A DNA stretch of 64,000 bases from Puniceicoccaceae bacterium (GTDB taxonomy: Bacteria > Verrucomicrobiota > Verrucomicrobiia > Opitutales > Oceanipulchritudinaceae): assembly GCA_040830765.1 (NCBI GenBank), contig JBFOMH010000013.1, positions 146,373 through 210,372 on the forward strand. Direction: 5' to 3'. Below, in pieces: positions 29,230-38,692 of the stretch; within the stretch, counting starts at the first letter, position 1, and each line of letters opens with the position of its first letter. The position numbers were made by a program, and so were the translations under genes. The notes below the pieces were generated by a model, which was given only the letters and a program-made list of their open reading frames with translations, was not told where the DNA came from and did no database searches.

Positions 29230-30850
29230 CCGGTGTCCTGCTGAGCGTAATGTCTCCCTCATTGTTATCGGGGCGATTATCCTCGAAATTATCCGGCAAC
29301 TTGACCTCTGCCGATACTGTGTAGGAACTTCCCGAAAGAAGCTGGTCCTCCTGGACCGGAAGCTGGATGCTCTCGACTCCGCCCGCTTCAATCCCGGAAA
29401 ACCGGTAGAAGAAGGGTTTGTCGTTGACGGTTAATTCAACGGTCGCCCCCGGGATGAACTCCGTACCCCGATTCTCCAGGCTGATATAAAGCGGGAATGT
29501 CCCGCCTTCACTCTGCTCAACGGCCGGATAAAGATCCGCCAGGGCCATGTCGATGATCCCCGATTGACCGGAGGCTTCGACGCGCTCCACGTTGAGGATA
29601 CCGGCCCCATATTGGAGGTCATCACCCGGAAAGCCTGTCTCGTTGGCATTGTCCAGAATCAGGCGCCGGACCTCCTCGGGACTGCTGGCCATTCCACTTT
29701 GGATTATCCGCGCCGCCATGGCTGAAACCAGCGGTGCGGCGGCAGATGTCCCGTCGAAGTAAATGAATTCGTTTTCCTCCCAGAGCGCATGCACCTTGAA
29801 TCCCGGAGCCGCCAGGTCAATACCTTCGCCGTAATTGGAGAACGGGGCCCGGTTGCCATCGGCATCAACAGCCGCCACGCCAATGACCTCCGGATAGGCG
29901 GCTGGAAACGTAACAAAGGACTGGCCGTCGTTTCCGGAAGCGGCCACCAGTACAACGCCCCGATCGGCTGCGTATTGCACTGCCTGTCGGAGGACCTCGC
30001 TATCTCCATAACTGCCAAGGCTCATGTTGATAACATCCGCGCCGTTTTTCACGGCAGCCAGAATGCCTGAAGCCAGCGTGAACGCATCTCCCTGGCCGTT
30101 CCCGTCCAGTACTTGGATGGCCAGAACCTGGGTACCCGGGGCAAGGCCCGGGGCAAAGGGATTGGTGCTCAGAATCAACCCGGCAACGGCGGTGCCATGT
30201 GCTGAAAATTCACCCTCTCCAGGAGACTCCAACATTGAGACCTGCTCAACAGCCTCCACGGGAAGACCCGCATGGCCCAGCCAACCCGTATCCAGGACGG
30301 CGACTGTTGTTCCCTGCCCCCAACCGAGAAGATCCCCAAAGCCGGGAGCACCCAGGAATGTCAGGACATCTTTGCCGAAAGCACTGAGATTTTCACTTTG
30401 CCAAAATCCGAGGTCTGGAAACGCTGGAACGCCAACCTGGTAATTGAAATCGACCGTCATATCGTCGGTCAGCAGTCCCCGGAGGCCAGATTGCGATCCG
30501 GCCAGACGGAGCATCATCAATTCAGGCAGGGAGGCCAGCACCTTGATTCCACTGGCCTCCGCAGCGGCAACGAATGCTTCCATTGACTCCCTATCCTTGA
30601 AACGGACGGTGAATTCACCGGGGATGATATCCCTGGCATTATCCGGCAAGGGGACCCGGGTCTCGCCGCTCCCGGTCACTTGGGGCAGCTGGACAAACTC
30701 AACCACCTCAGGTGGTATGTCTGCCTCAGCCTCCGTTACACCCTCATTCAGGACCTGTTCCGGTAGCCTCGTTTTGCTGAACCACAAGCTGACGGCAAGC
30801 AGTCCAGCAAGGAGGGGAACAATCCAAAAAATGTGGCGACGCGGAGGCAT
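29222..30850 (-). CDS. S8 subtilisin-like serine protease, membrane-anchored, with C-terminal CARDB/Ig-like domain
   Basis: Triad VAVLDTG / HGTAVAG / GTSAAAP; oxyanion AASGN; N-terminal hydrophobic helix; C-terminal DNRPDNNE. Confidence 0.9.
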   Translation of the reverse strand: MPPRRHIFWIVPLLAGLLAVSLWFSKTRLPEQVLNEGVTEAEADIPPEVVEFVQLPQVTGSGETRVPLPDNARDIIPGEFTVRFKDRESMEAFVAAAEASGIKVLASLPELMMLRLAGSQSGLRGLLTDDMTVDFNYQVGVPAFPDLGFWQSENLSAFGKDVLTFLGAPGFGDLLGWGQGTTVAVLDTGWLGHAGLPVEAVEQVSMLESPGEGEFSAHGTAVAGLILSTNPFAPGLAPGTQVLAIQVLDGNGQGDAFTLASGILAAVKNGADVINMSLGSYGDSEVLRQAVQYAADRGVVLVAASGNDGQSFVTFPAAYPEVIGVAAVDADGNRAPFSNYGEGIDLAAPGFKVHALWEENEFIYFDGTSAAAPLVSAMAARIIQSGMASSPEEVRRLILDNANETGFPGDDLQYGAGILNVERVEASGQSGIIDMALADLYPAVEQSEGGTFPLYISLENRGTEFIPGATVELTVNDKPFFYRFSGIEAGGVESIQLPVQEDQLLSGSSYTVSAEVKLPDNFEDNRPDNNEGDITLSRTPDD

Positions 30851-31016
30851 AGTTGGGAAGGCTAATTTGCACCAATCGAGGGAATCGGGCAAGCAACATG
30901 AGAGAGTAAGGTCAATTTAGGATAGTCCCGACTGATTCTGCGATTGGCGTTTGGCGTGTCAAAGAACATGGTTGCCTCCTTCCAAAACTATGTAACTGCT
31001 CAACCTGTTCCTCTCC

Positions 31017-32291
31017 ATGAACAGCGGCCGTAAAGAAGTCTATCTCCGGAAGAATTATGTCCTTTCCTCGCTCGAGGGCGGATTTTTCATGGGTGGCATG
31101 AGCTTTTTGTCCATGGAATCAGTCATGCCGGCGATGGTACATGACCTGGGAGGACCAGGCTGGGCGATCTCCATTTCCCCGGTCCTGTTCATACTGGGAT
31201 TCTGCTGGCCCCAAATATTCAGCGCCTTGTGGGCTGAACGCATGCGCTTGATGCTTCCGATGGTCAAGATTGTCGGCCTCATCCAGCGGTTACCCTACCT
31301 CCTGACGGGTCTTTTCCTGATCCTTGCCGGAGAGAACCACCAAGAGCTTTCGGTCACCCTGGCTATCCTCACGCCCTTCATCATGTCCAGTCTCGGGGGA
31401 CTCCAGGGGGCGGCCTACTTTGAAATCATAACCCGGATAGTCCCGGTTCGCCGGACGGCCTCGATGTGGGCCATCCGCAATATTATCATGGCTGTCATGG
31501 GGATTCTGGCTGGCTTTATCATCAAGGGCATCCTGGAGGTCTATCCGGGAGTCCATGGTTACGGGATCCTTCACCTCATTGTTTTTGGCCTGATGATGCT
31601 CTCCCTTGGGCTTATTTTCCTGCTGAAGGAAACAAATGCTCCGGAGGAACAAAAACCGGATCCCGTGACACTTCGGACAGGATTTGCTGCCTTCACCAAA
31701 CAATGGCGTGATAACCCCTCCCTGGGCTACTTCATCGTTACCCGTTTCCTCTTCATGCTGATTTTCGTGGTCGTTCCATTCCTCTCAGTCCGGGCTATTG
31801 AGCGCACCGGACTGGCTACCAGCTTTGTCGGATTGCTGGTCATTTGCCAAATGCTCGGATTCATCGGGGGCAATGTCCTTTCGGGCTACATGGGTGATAA
31901 ACGGGGGGTCCGCTTACCCATGATCGCTGGCCGTGTTATCCTCCTCGCGGCTATTGTGCTGGTGCTGGCCGCAGATTCCCAGTGGACTTTCATGACGGTA
32001 TTTTTCTGCCTCGGATTTGGCCTGAGCACAGGTCAGGTCGGGGACATGACAATGGTGATAGATTTTGCCCCCTCGTACCGGCGGAAGTTCTTTTATGGGG
32101 TTACGGGCACCCTGGTCATCCCGGGAATTCTGGCCGCGTCGATCATCAGTGCCATTCTTCAATACGTACCCAATGGCTTCTATTATGCCTGTCTTGCCAG
32201 CGGGCTCGGGATTGCTGTTTCCCTAAGAATCCTCCTGAAGGTGCGGGACCCCCGATTGCACCGAGAAATTGGTGCCCTGCCTCAGCGCTGA
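31017..32291 (+). CDS. MFS transporter
   Basis: About 12 hydrophobic segments; GYMGDKRG motif. Confidence 0.85.
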   Translation: MNSGRKEVYLRKNYVLSSLEGGFFMGGMSFLSMESVMPAMVHDLGGPGWAISISPVLFILGFCWPQIFSALWAERMRLMLPMVKIVGLIQRLPYLLTGLFLILAGENHQELSVTLAILTPFIMSSLGGLQGAAYFEIITRIVPVRRTASMWAIRNIIMAVMGILAGFIIKGILEVYPGVHGYGILHLIVFGLMMLSLGLIFLLKETNAPEEQKPDPVTLRTGFAAFTKQWRDNPSLGYFIVTRFLFMLIFVVVPFLSVRAIERTGLATSFVGLLVICQMLGFIGGNVLSGYMGDKRGVRLPMIAGRVILLAAIVLVLAADSQWTFMTVFFCLGFGLSTGQVGDMTMVIDFAPSYRRKFFYGVTGTLVIPGILAASIISAILQYVPNGFYYACLASGLGIAVSLRILLKVRDPRLHREIGALPQR

Positions 32292-32749
32292 GCAGCCAGT
32301 TGACGCAAGTCCGCTTCCAGCATGTCGCGGCTTTCCTTGTCCTGGATCTGGCGAAGTAACGTCCTTGCTTCACCCATTGCCTTTTCCGCTGAAGCAGAAT
32401 CCCCGGCCACGGCGCAGGCCCTTGCCTTGGCCTCGCTAGCATAGCCCTCATGAAAGGGCCCGAGCTTTGCCTCTTGAGCCAGCGCTGCGTAACGCAAGGC
32501 ATAGTGCATTGATGTCTCCGCCTGCCCGGCAAGGGCGTAGACACGGGACAACTGCCAGAGGCCGATTCCCTCATTTTCAGAAGTATGGTCATCGTAGGCC
32601 ATCCAGTGCCAATAGGAGACTTCCGCCAGACGAATCATTTCAAGCGCCTCCTCAGTCGTTCTCTCCGGCAGATCAATCAACTTCCAACATGCATTGAAGG
32701 TACTGACGGCAAGCTTGCGGTGGTAAATCTGTAAATCCTGGTCGCTCAT
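32282..32749 (-). CDS. Hypothetical all-alpha (TPR-like) protein
   Basis: FNACW, SYWHW, WQLSRVYA, EAKARA; RBS-like AGG upstream. Confidence 0.7.
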   Translation of the reverse strand: MSDQDLQIYHRKLAVSTFNACWKLIDLPERTTEEALEMIRLAEVSYWHWMAYDDHTSENEGIGLWQLSRVYALAGQAETSMHYALRYAALAQEAKLGPFHEGYASEAKARACAVAGDSASAEKAMGEARTLLRQIQDKESRDMLEADLRQLAAQR

Positions 32750-32876
32750 GAGGATTGCCTTCCTACTAAAGCCCCTCCGCGACCTGAAGCAAGGCCATAG
32801 CGGAACCTAAATGTTAGCATGCTGCTTGACGGAGGATGGAATTGCGGGAAGATAAAGCCCACTCTCCTCTCTGACT

Positions 32877-33359
32877 ATGAAGTTTCGGGCTGCTCTACTT
32901 CTCTTCGTCCTTCTACTTGCTGTTATCGTAGGTAGCCGCAGTGTCATCGATTTCCGTTCGCAGGATAGCGGTTCAGGCAAGAAGTCAGCTGAGCAGATGA
33001 TATCCTCACTTGATCCAGCGCCAAGGTCTGCAAAAGCCACCTCAGTTTCGACAAGGATTTCACCTGCGGCTAATGTTGGGGGCCATCATCCGGAACCTGC
33101 ATGGGCTTCCCTAAAGGATAACATGAGCTGGGATTCTACCGGCCTGGAATTCGTCGCTCATCCGGATGGCAGCCAAAGCGTGCGGGGAGGTGGCCGCTTC
33201 ACCCAGATGGCTGCCAGCGTTCGGAATGCTTCCGGCGAATTGGTAATCAAGTGCTTCGCAGATTATACCGCAATGGATGATGCCCTTTCCGGGCGGGCCG
33301 TACCCATTCCACAGCCTGCTACCTCCGATAAAATTGATTATGAAGTATCCGATTTCTAA
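32877..33359 (+). CDS. Small exported/membrane-anchored protein upstream of the metalloprotease
   Basis: N-terminal hydrophobic helix; core STGLEFVAHPDGSQSV...GRF...GELVIKC; overlaps the next start codon. Confidence 0.7.
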   Translation: MKFRAALLLFVLLLAVIVGSRSVIDFRSQDSGSGKKSAEQMISSLDPAPRSAKATSVSTRISPAANVGGHHPEPAWASLKDNMSWDSTGLEFVAHPDGSQSVRGGGRFTQMAASVRNASGELVIKCFADYTAMDDALSGRAVPIPQPATSDKIDYEVSDF

Positions 33360-35166
33360 GGTCTCCCTGTTTCTGGGAGTGGTTTGTGCCGCACCTTCGC
33401 TACTGGCAACAACCTTTAATTTTGTTAACCTGGACCCGGCTGATTATGGCTTCAACGACACTACCGCTGTGACGCCTGTCGGAGGCAATACAGGGACCAC
33501 TCTTGGCGAGCAAAGGATAAACGTCGTCCTCGAGGCCTGCCGGATTTGGGGACTTTATCTCCACAGCCCGGTGGTCATCGATGTGGAAGGCCAGTTTGAT
33601 GACTTCGGGGGCGACCCGGACAACGGCTTTGTCCTCGCCGGGGCCAGGGCCATCGATCAGGAATTGAATTTCACCAATGCTCCATTGGCTGATGTGCTTT
33701 ACCCTTCAGCGTTGGCCAACAGTCTTGCCGGAACCGATATCGATCCAGCTCAAAACGACATCAGCGTAACCGTCAACGAGGACCTTGACGACCCAACTTA
33801 CACTCCTGATTTGGACAACTGGTATTACGGGTTTGATGGCAACGCGCCCAATGACCAGGTGGACCTTCTTGATGTCGTCCTGCACGAGTTAGGGCACGGA
33901 TTAGGCATGGCAACCTGGTGCAATCTGGATCAGGGTAGTTTGGTCAGGCTCATTGGCCCGGGTGGGGGCGAGTTTGCGGATATATACGCAACCTTCCTCT
34001 ACGACACTGAGTTCAATTCAACGTGGATTAATCTTTCAAAATCCAATCGCCAGGCATCCGCGGTCAATGATCCTGACCTTGTCTGGACCGGCCCCTACAC
34101 AACGGCAGCCAAGGGCTCCATCCTCGACTTCGAGCGTGTCATAGAGGTAACCGGGCCAGCCGGCATCGCCGGCCAGTACACCATGGAACCGGCATCCTTC
34201 GGGCCGTCCATCACCGGGGATGGCATTACCGGGGAATTGGGTATCGTCGACGACGACGTTGGCACAACCACCGATGCATGTGAAGCCATCATCAATGATT
34301 TGACTGGAAAGATCGCCTATATCGATCGCGGGACATGTAACTTCGACAGCAAGGTCCTGAAAGCCCAGCAAGCGGGGGCGATTGGCGTCATTATCGCCAA
34401 TAATGTGGCCGATCCGGCATTCATCATCATGTCGGGGAACAGCGTCGTGGATGGCATTCCCCTGACAATCCCCGCCGTCTCCATCACCCAAGCTGACGGT
34501 GCCATCCTAACCGGGGCGACACCCCCGGTAAACCTGGTTCTCGGCAAGCCGGCGGGGGCGGACCTTGCCGGCACCAATGGAGGATTTGTCCGCATTTACG
34601 CCCCATCGCCATGGGAACAGGGATCCTCCGGTTCTCACTGGTCCACCGCAGCTTCTCCCGATCTGCTCATGGAGCCCTTCATCAATCCTGTCCTCCGGGA
34701 AGACCTCGACCTCTCCCTGACGCAAATGAAGGACATCGGTTGGGTCGTGTTGGATATTCCCTTCCCGCACCTCACCTATGCCCTCTGGGCACTGGAAGCA
34801 TTCAGCCCGTCAGCCACACTCACCGCCCAGGGAGAAGATCCGGACGGCGACCAAGTCACCAACATTGAGGAATACTTTTTTGGCGGAGATCCCGAGATTC
34901 CCTCAGCCGACTTGCTCCCGATAATGCAGTCAGTCGATCCCGACCTGGATGTCGTCTACACCCGCTCCATCCTACCGACGGATCTTGTCTATACCTACGA
35001 GGCCTCGACCGACATTGGCACCTGGGAGGATGCCGTGGAGGGCGTCCACTTCACAGCCGAGACAGTGACAGACCTAGGGAGTGGTGCTGAACAGGTAAAG
35101 GTAAACCTCATCAAGCCGGCGTCGGGCGAAAAGATCTTCATCCGTCTCCGTATTGAGGAGATTTGA
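33340..35166 (+). CDS. Secreted zinc metalloprotease with inserted PA domain and C-terminal DxDGD/beta-sandwich module
   Basis: Signal peptide; LHELGHGLG; PA domain GKIAYIDRGTCNF..KVLKAQQAGAIGVIIAN; GSSGSHW..LLMEP; C-terminal DPDGDQVTNIEEYFFG..KIFIRLRI. Confidence 0.88.
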   Translation: MKYPISKVSLFLGVVCAAPSLLATTFNFVNLDPADYGFNDTTAVTPVGGNTGTTLGEQRINVVLEACRIWGLYLHSPVVIDVEGQFDDFGGDPDNGFVLAGARAIDQELNFTNAPLADVLYPSALANSLAGTDIDPAQNDISVTVNEDLDDPTYTPDLDNWYYGFDGNAPNDQVDLLDVVLHELGHGLGMATWCNLDQGSLVRLIGPGGGEFADIYATFLYDTEFNSTWINLSKSNRQASAVNDPDLVWTGPYTTAAKGSILDFERVIEVTGPAGIAGQYTMEPASFGPSITGDGITGELGIVDDDVGTTTDACEAIINDLTGKIAYIDRGTCNFDSKVLKAQQAGAIGVIIANNVADPAFIIMSGNSVVDGIPLTIPAVSITQADGAILTGATPPVNLVLGKPAGADLAGTNGGFVRIYAPSPWEQGSSGSHWSTAASPDLLMEPFINPVLREDLDLSLTQMKDIGWVVLDIPFPHLTYALWALEAFSPSATLTAQGEDPDGDQVTNIEEYFFGGDPEIPSADLLPIMQSVDPDLDVVYTRSILPTDLVYTYEASTDIGTWEDAVEGVHFTAETVTDLGSGAEQVKVNLIKPASGEKIFIRLRIEEI

Positions 35167-35218
35167 GCGGATAAATTTGTCGCTTGCCGGTGGAAGCCAT
35201 GACGGGTAACCACCTAGC

Positions 35219-35683
35219 ATGAACAAGCATCTAATCTCTCTCCTGGCGGTTTTCCTGACCACGGCTGCATTAGCCCATCAACATGAAACAACGATCGTCC
35301 CGGCTGCGGAAAAGGCGGTTGGAGCTCAACTGGCCATGGACGGCCCCACGGAAACCAAGGGTATCGAATATGCCCGGAAACTGGGCTCTATCGATCTGGG
35401 GGAAGAATTCTCACCAATGGAGGGATTCGTAATGCGGATGAGGGAAGTCAGTCTCGCCCCCGGAGGCCAGGTGGCTGTGCATCAACACACCTCCAGACCG
35501 GGGATGGCTTACATCCTGGAGGGAGAGGCTGTCGAATACCGAAACGATGAAGCAGAGCCACAAGTCCGAAAAGCTGGAGATGCGGCTATTGAATCATCGG
35601 GAATCATTCACTGGTGGATCAATAAGGGACCAGTTTCCGCCAGAGTTATTATCGTGGACATCCTGAAGGAAGAGGACGCCTGA
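35219..35683 (+). CDS. Exported cupin-domain protein
   Basis: Signal peptide; LAPGG..HQH..YILEG..HWW.N cupin motifs. Confidence 0.85.
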   Translation: MNKHLISLLAVFLTTAALAHQHETTIVPAAEKAVGAQLAMDGPTETKGIEYARKLGSIDLGEEFSPMEGFVMRMREVSLAPGGQVAVHQHTSRPGMAYILEGEAVEYRNDEAEPQVRKAGDAAIESSGIIHWWINKGPVSARVIIVDILKEEDA

Positions 35684-35702
35684 GTAAGACCACTAGGGAT
35701 TT

Positions 35703-36239
35703 CTAAATGTAGTCCCTTAGCTCATACAGCTGGGCATCCCGCACAGGTCCACGCAAGCGGCGCAGGAGCGACTTGGTTGAGCCATCCGCAGCCTCTCCAC
35801 CCTCGCCTAGTCCGGCCCCGAATTCTTCCAGTTCAGGCAAGTCACCGTACTCCTCTTCAATCTTGTCGGGGTCCTCGCCCGCCTCCAGACGACCGACCAT
35901 CTCCTCCATGACCGCAGGCATTTTTTCGCCGGTCATGTCAGCCATCTTCCGCATCAGGCGGCCCATCTGGCGGGGATCGGGATTGTCCTCATCCATACCC
36001 GCCATCTCGCGCTCCATTTCAGCCATGGCAGCTTCCAATCGGGGATCATCGGGATCGTCGCCCACTTCATCCCCGGCCTCCCTGGCCCGACCGGTGACAG
36101 CAAAGCCGGACATAACTTTTTGCATCGTGGCTTCGGGATCATCCGGACAGCGGGGAATCCTATCTTTGTCAGCCGAACTGCGGGCATAGAAGGAATATAT
36201 CCGGTTGGTATCTGGGCTGTAGTACTCGTAAATAGGCAT
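35703..36239 (-). CDS. FmdB-type zinc-ribbon-like protein with acidic helical C-terminus
   Basis: MPIYEY...CP...KVMSGF; DPRQMGRLMRKM; LEAGEDP. Confidence 0.75.
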   Translation of the reverse strand: MPIYEYYSPDTNRIYSFYARSSADKDRIPRCPDDPEATMQKVMSGFAVTGRAREAGDEVGDDPDDPRLEAAMAEMEREMAGMDEDNPDPRQMGRLMRKMADMTGEKMPAVMEEMVGRLEAGEDPDKIEEEYGDLPELEEFGAGLGEGGEAADGSTKSLLRRLRGPVRDAQLYELRDYI

Positions 36240-36284
36240 GCGAATCGGTCAATAGTTCAGGCAACCAAACTGGATTCCCTTCTC

Positions 36285-36779
36285 TCAGGCGTCAATTTCG
36301 ACAAAACAGTTTTGCTGACGATCCTTGCGCACCTTGTCCGGTTTGTGGATGCGACCGTTCATGGCGATATAAACACCGGGCGGCAGGGCCTGCACGGCTG
36401 CCAGGGCAAAGCCGATATTGAAGATGGCATCATTGTCCCGGAACCGGGCCGGCAGCAAGGCTCCGGTCAGGACGACTACCTTGTCAGAAATTCCTGTGAG
36501 GGCTTTTCCCGTCTCAGTCATGGTGTCGGTTCCATGAGTCACCAGGACCATGCGCTCGTCGGAAGCCTCGATAGCTCTGCGAATGGCCTGCCTGTCTTCT
36601 ACTGTCATTTCCAAGCTGTCCTTGCGCATCAGTGGCAGGACCCTGTGCGGGAGGGAAACATGGGCCAACCGGAGGACTTCCCCGATTTGCGGATCCCCCA
36701 CCTCATACTCGCTCTTGGCATCGAAGTATACCTTGTCGATGGTCCCTCCGGTAGTGATGATAAGGCACTTCTGCTGCAT
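36285..36779 (-). CDS. Short-chain (N-domain only) L-asparaginase
   Basis: TTGGTIDK, KDSLEM, THGTDTM, VLTGA. Confidence 0.88.
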   Translation of the reverse strand: MQQKCLIITTGGTIDKVYFDAKSEYEVGDPQIGEVLRLAHVSLPHRVLPLMRKDSLEMTVEDRQAIRRAIEASDERMVLVTHGTDTMTETGKALTGISDKVVVLTGALLPARFRDNDAIFNIGFALAAVQALPPGVYIAMNGRIHKPDKVRKDRQQNCFVEIDA

Positions 36780-36806
36780 CCTTCGCAGTATGGCTCAAGA
36801 GGACAT

Positions 36807-37856
36807 TCAGGCAAGTCGTTCCAGCATGTTCACCATGGGTAACAGATAGGCCAGGATGAGTCCCCCGATGGCGATGGAAAGAAGCAGGAGAATCCCCGGT
36901 TCAAGAAAGCGGATCCACATCGATAGTTGCTGCAGGATATCACCGTCCCTGTCCTCCGCTATCTGGAGCAGAAAGACTTCCAGTTGTCCACTCTCCTGGC
37001 CGGATTCGAGCAGGGGAAGGTACTCCCGGCTAAAGAGCGGGCAGGCAGCCACGACTTCCGGGAAACCTATCCCCATGAGCAGTCGCTCGCGACACTGGTT
37101 AAGCTGGTCCTTTTCCCATAACTCGCAGGCATCTTCAGCGGCCGTCTGCAAAGCGCGAGGCAAGGTGATCCCTGCTTGAAGCAGGGTTCCCAGATAACGG
37201 GCCAACCGCGCCTCACGCATGGATTGGCGCATCCATGAAATTCCGGGGACCCACCGGTAAATCCGCTCTACTGGATACGCCCAGCGCTCGTTTCTTTGGC
37301 TCAAGAAGCTCAATAAAAGGGTTCCTGCGATGCCCAGCAGTCCTGCAAGCAACAGCACTAGCATTGATGAACCGTATAACATGCCGATGTGTTCAGTTAA
37401 CCAGGGCAGTTCCTCCCCCATGCCCATGGAGATGCTAACCGCACGCATCTGGGGGACTACCCAGAAAAGGATGACTGCCATGACAAGGAATCCTACCCCG
37501 AGGACCATTGCCGGGTACCAGAGCTGACCCGTGAAGGCCTTCCGTCGCGTGGCCCGCTCCCGCATGAGTTTCCCGGTCCGGACCATGACCTCCGCCAGTT
37601 TTCCTGTTTGTTCACCGGCATCAAGCAGGCTCCACGCTTCAACCGGCAGTTGCATCCCCGAATGCCGCATGGAAGCGACTATGAGGCCCCCTTCGGCGAC
37701 GCCATCGAGAACGCGGGTCAGTCCGTTCTCAACCGGTGGCGGTAACCCCTGTCCGGCAGACTGCAATACAAGGCGGAAATCCAATCCCATTTCGAGGCGC
37801 TGTCCGGCCCGAATCCACCAGGTCCATGGCGGTGAATACTGGTTCCTTGAACGCAT
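36807..37856 (-). CDS. Type II secretion/type IV pilus platform protein (GspF/PilC family)
   Basis: AGEQTGKL, YPAMVL, GQESGQL, LEP...AYLLPM; two T2SSF repeats. Start uncertain. Confidence 0.85.
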   Translation of the reverse strand: MRSRNQYSPPWTWWIRAGQRLEMGLDFRLVLQSAGQGLPPPVENGLTRVLDGVAEGGLIVASMRHSGMQLPVEAWSLLDAGEQTGKLAEVMVRTGKLMRERATRRKAFTGQLWYPAMVLGVGFLVMAVILFWVVPQMRAVSISMGMGEELPWLTEHIGMLYGSSMLVLLLAGLLGIAGTLLLSFLSQRNERWAYPVERIYRWVPGISWMRQSMREARLARYLGTLLQAGITLPRALQTAAEDACELWEKDQLNQCRERLLMGIGFPEVVAACPLFSREYLPLLESGQESGQLEVFLLQIAEDRDGDILQQLSMWIRFLEPGILLLLSIAIGGLILAYLLPMVNMLERLA

Positions 37857-37910
37857 TCCTGATCAAGAGGCGTGGACCGACTGCCAGGCAAGGAAAGGGA
37901 TTGGTCAAAT

Positions 37911-38645
37911 TCAGGCCTTTTTTGTTTTTCTGGGAAGCTTGCGGCCGGCATTGAGGATGGGACACGCCGGACATGCCCCGACAGATCCATCACATTTCGT
38001 CCGGGCCGTGCAAAAAGCCCGTCCATAGTAGATGATCTGCAGGTGAAGCCGGTTCCAGGTTTCTTCCGGAAAGAGTCGCTTCAGGTCCTTCTCTGTCTGG
38101 GCGACCGATTTCCCGTTGGTCAGCCCCCACCGCTGGGCCAGACGGTGAATGTGGGTATCTACGGGAAAAGAAGGAACCCCGAAGGCCTGCGCCATGACCA
38201 CCTGGGCCGTCTTATGGCCGACGCCGGGAAGCCTTTCAAGTTCCTCAAGCGTTGAGGGAACCTCACCTCCGTGTTCCTCGACAAGCATCTCCGATAGCTT
38301 GCGAATCGCCTTGGCCTTTTGCGGCCCCAAACCGCACGGACGGACTATTTCAAGAATCTCAGTTTCAGGCACTTCGGCCATGCTGGCGGGATTATCCGCC
38401 CGGCCAAACAGTACCGGAGTCACCTGATTGACCCGCTCGTCCGTACACTGGGCACTGAGCAGAACGGCCACCAGCAAGGTATAGGCATCCTGATGCTCCA
38501 AGGGGATCGGCGGATCGGGAAAGGTCCGCCGCATCTCCCCGAGGACGAACGCCACCCGTTCCTTTTTCCCCGGCCGGGACGTTTTTTTTGCCGTGGAATG
38601 AGAGGCCTTTGTTGCTTTCTTCTGATTCACGGACAGATTGCCCAT
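37911..38645 (-). CDS. nth: Endonuclease III
   Basis: LLSAQCTDERVN, HhH LPGVGHKTA, VDTHIHR, C-terminal 4-Cys cluster. Start uncertain. Confidence 0.95.
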   Translation of the reverse strand: MGNLSVNQKKATKASHSTAKKTSRPGKKERVAFVLGEMRRTFPDPPIPLEHQDAYTLLVAVLLSAQCTDERVNQVTPVLFGRADNPASMAEVPETEILEIVRPCGLGPQKAKAIRKLSEMLVEEHGGEVPSTLEELERLPGVGHKTAQVVMAQAFGVPSFPVDTHIHRLAQRWGLTNGKSVAQTEKDLKRLFPEETWNRLHLQIIYYGRAFCTARTKCDGSVGACPACPILNAGRKLPRKTKKA

Positions 38646-38692
38646 ATTTGCTTTGATTTCGCCAAATCCATTTCCACAACTTTTTGAGCAAC

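Noticed and set aside
38646..38692. Glycine riboswitch upstream of gcvP
   Set aside because: The intergenic space is too short and no aptamer motifs are visible.
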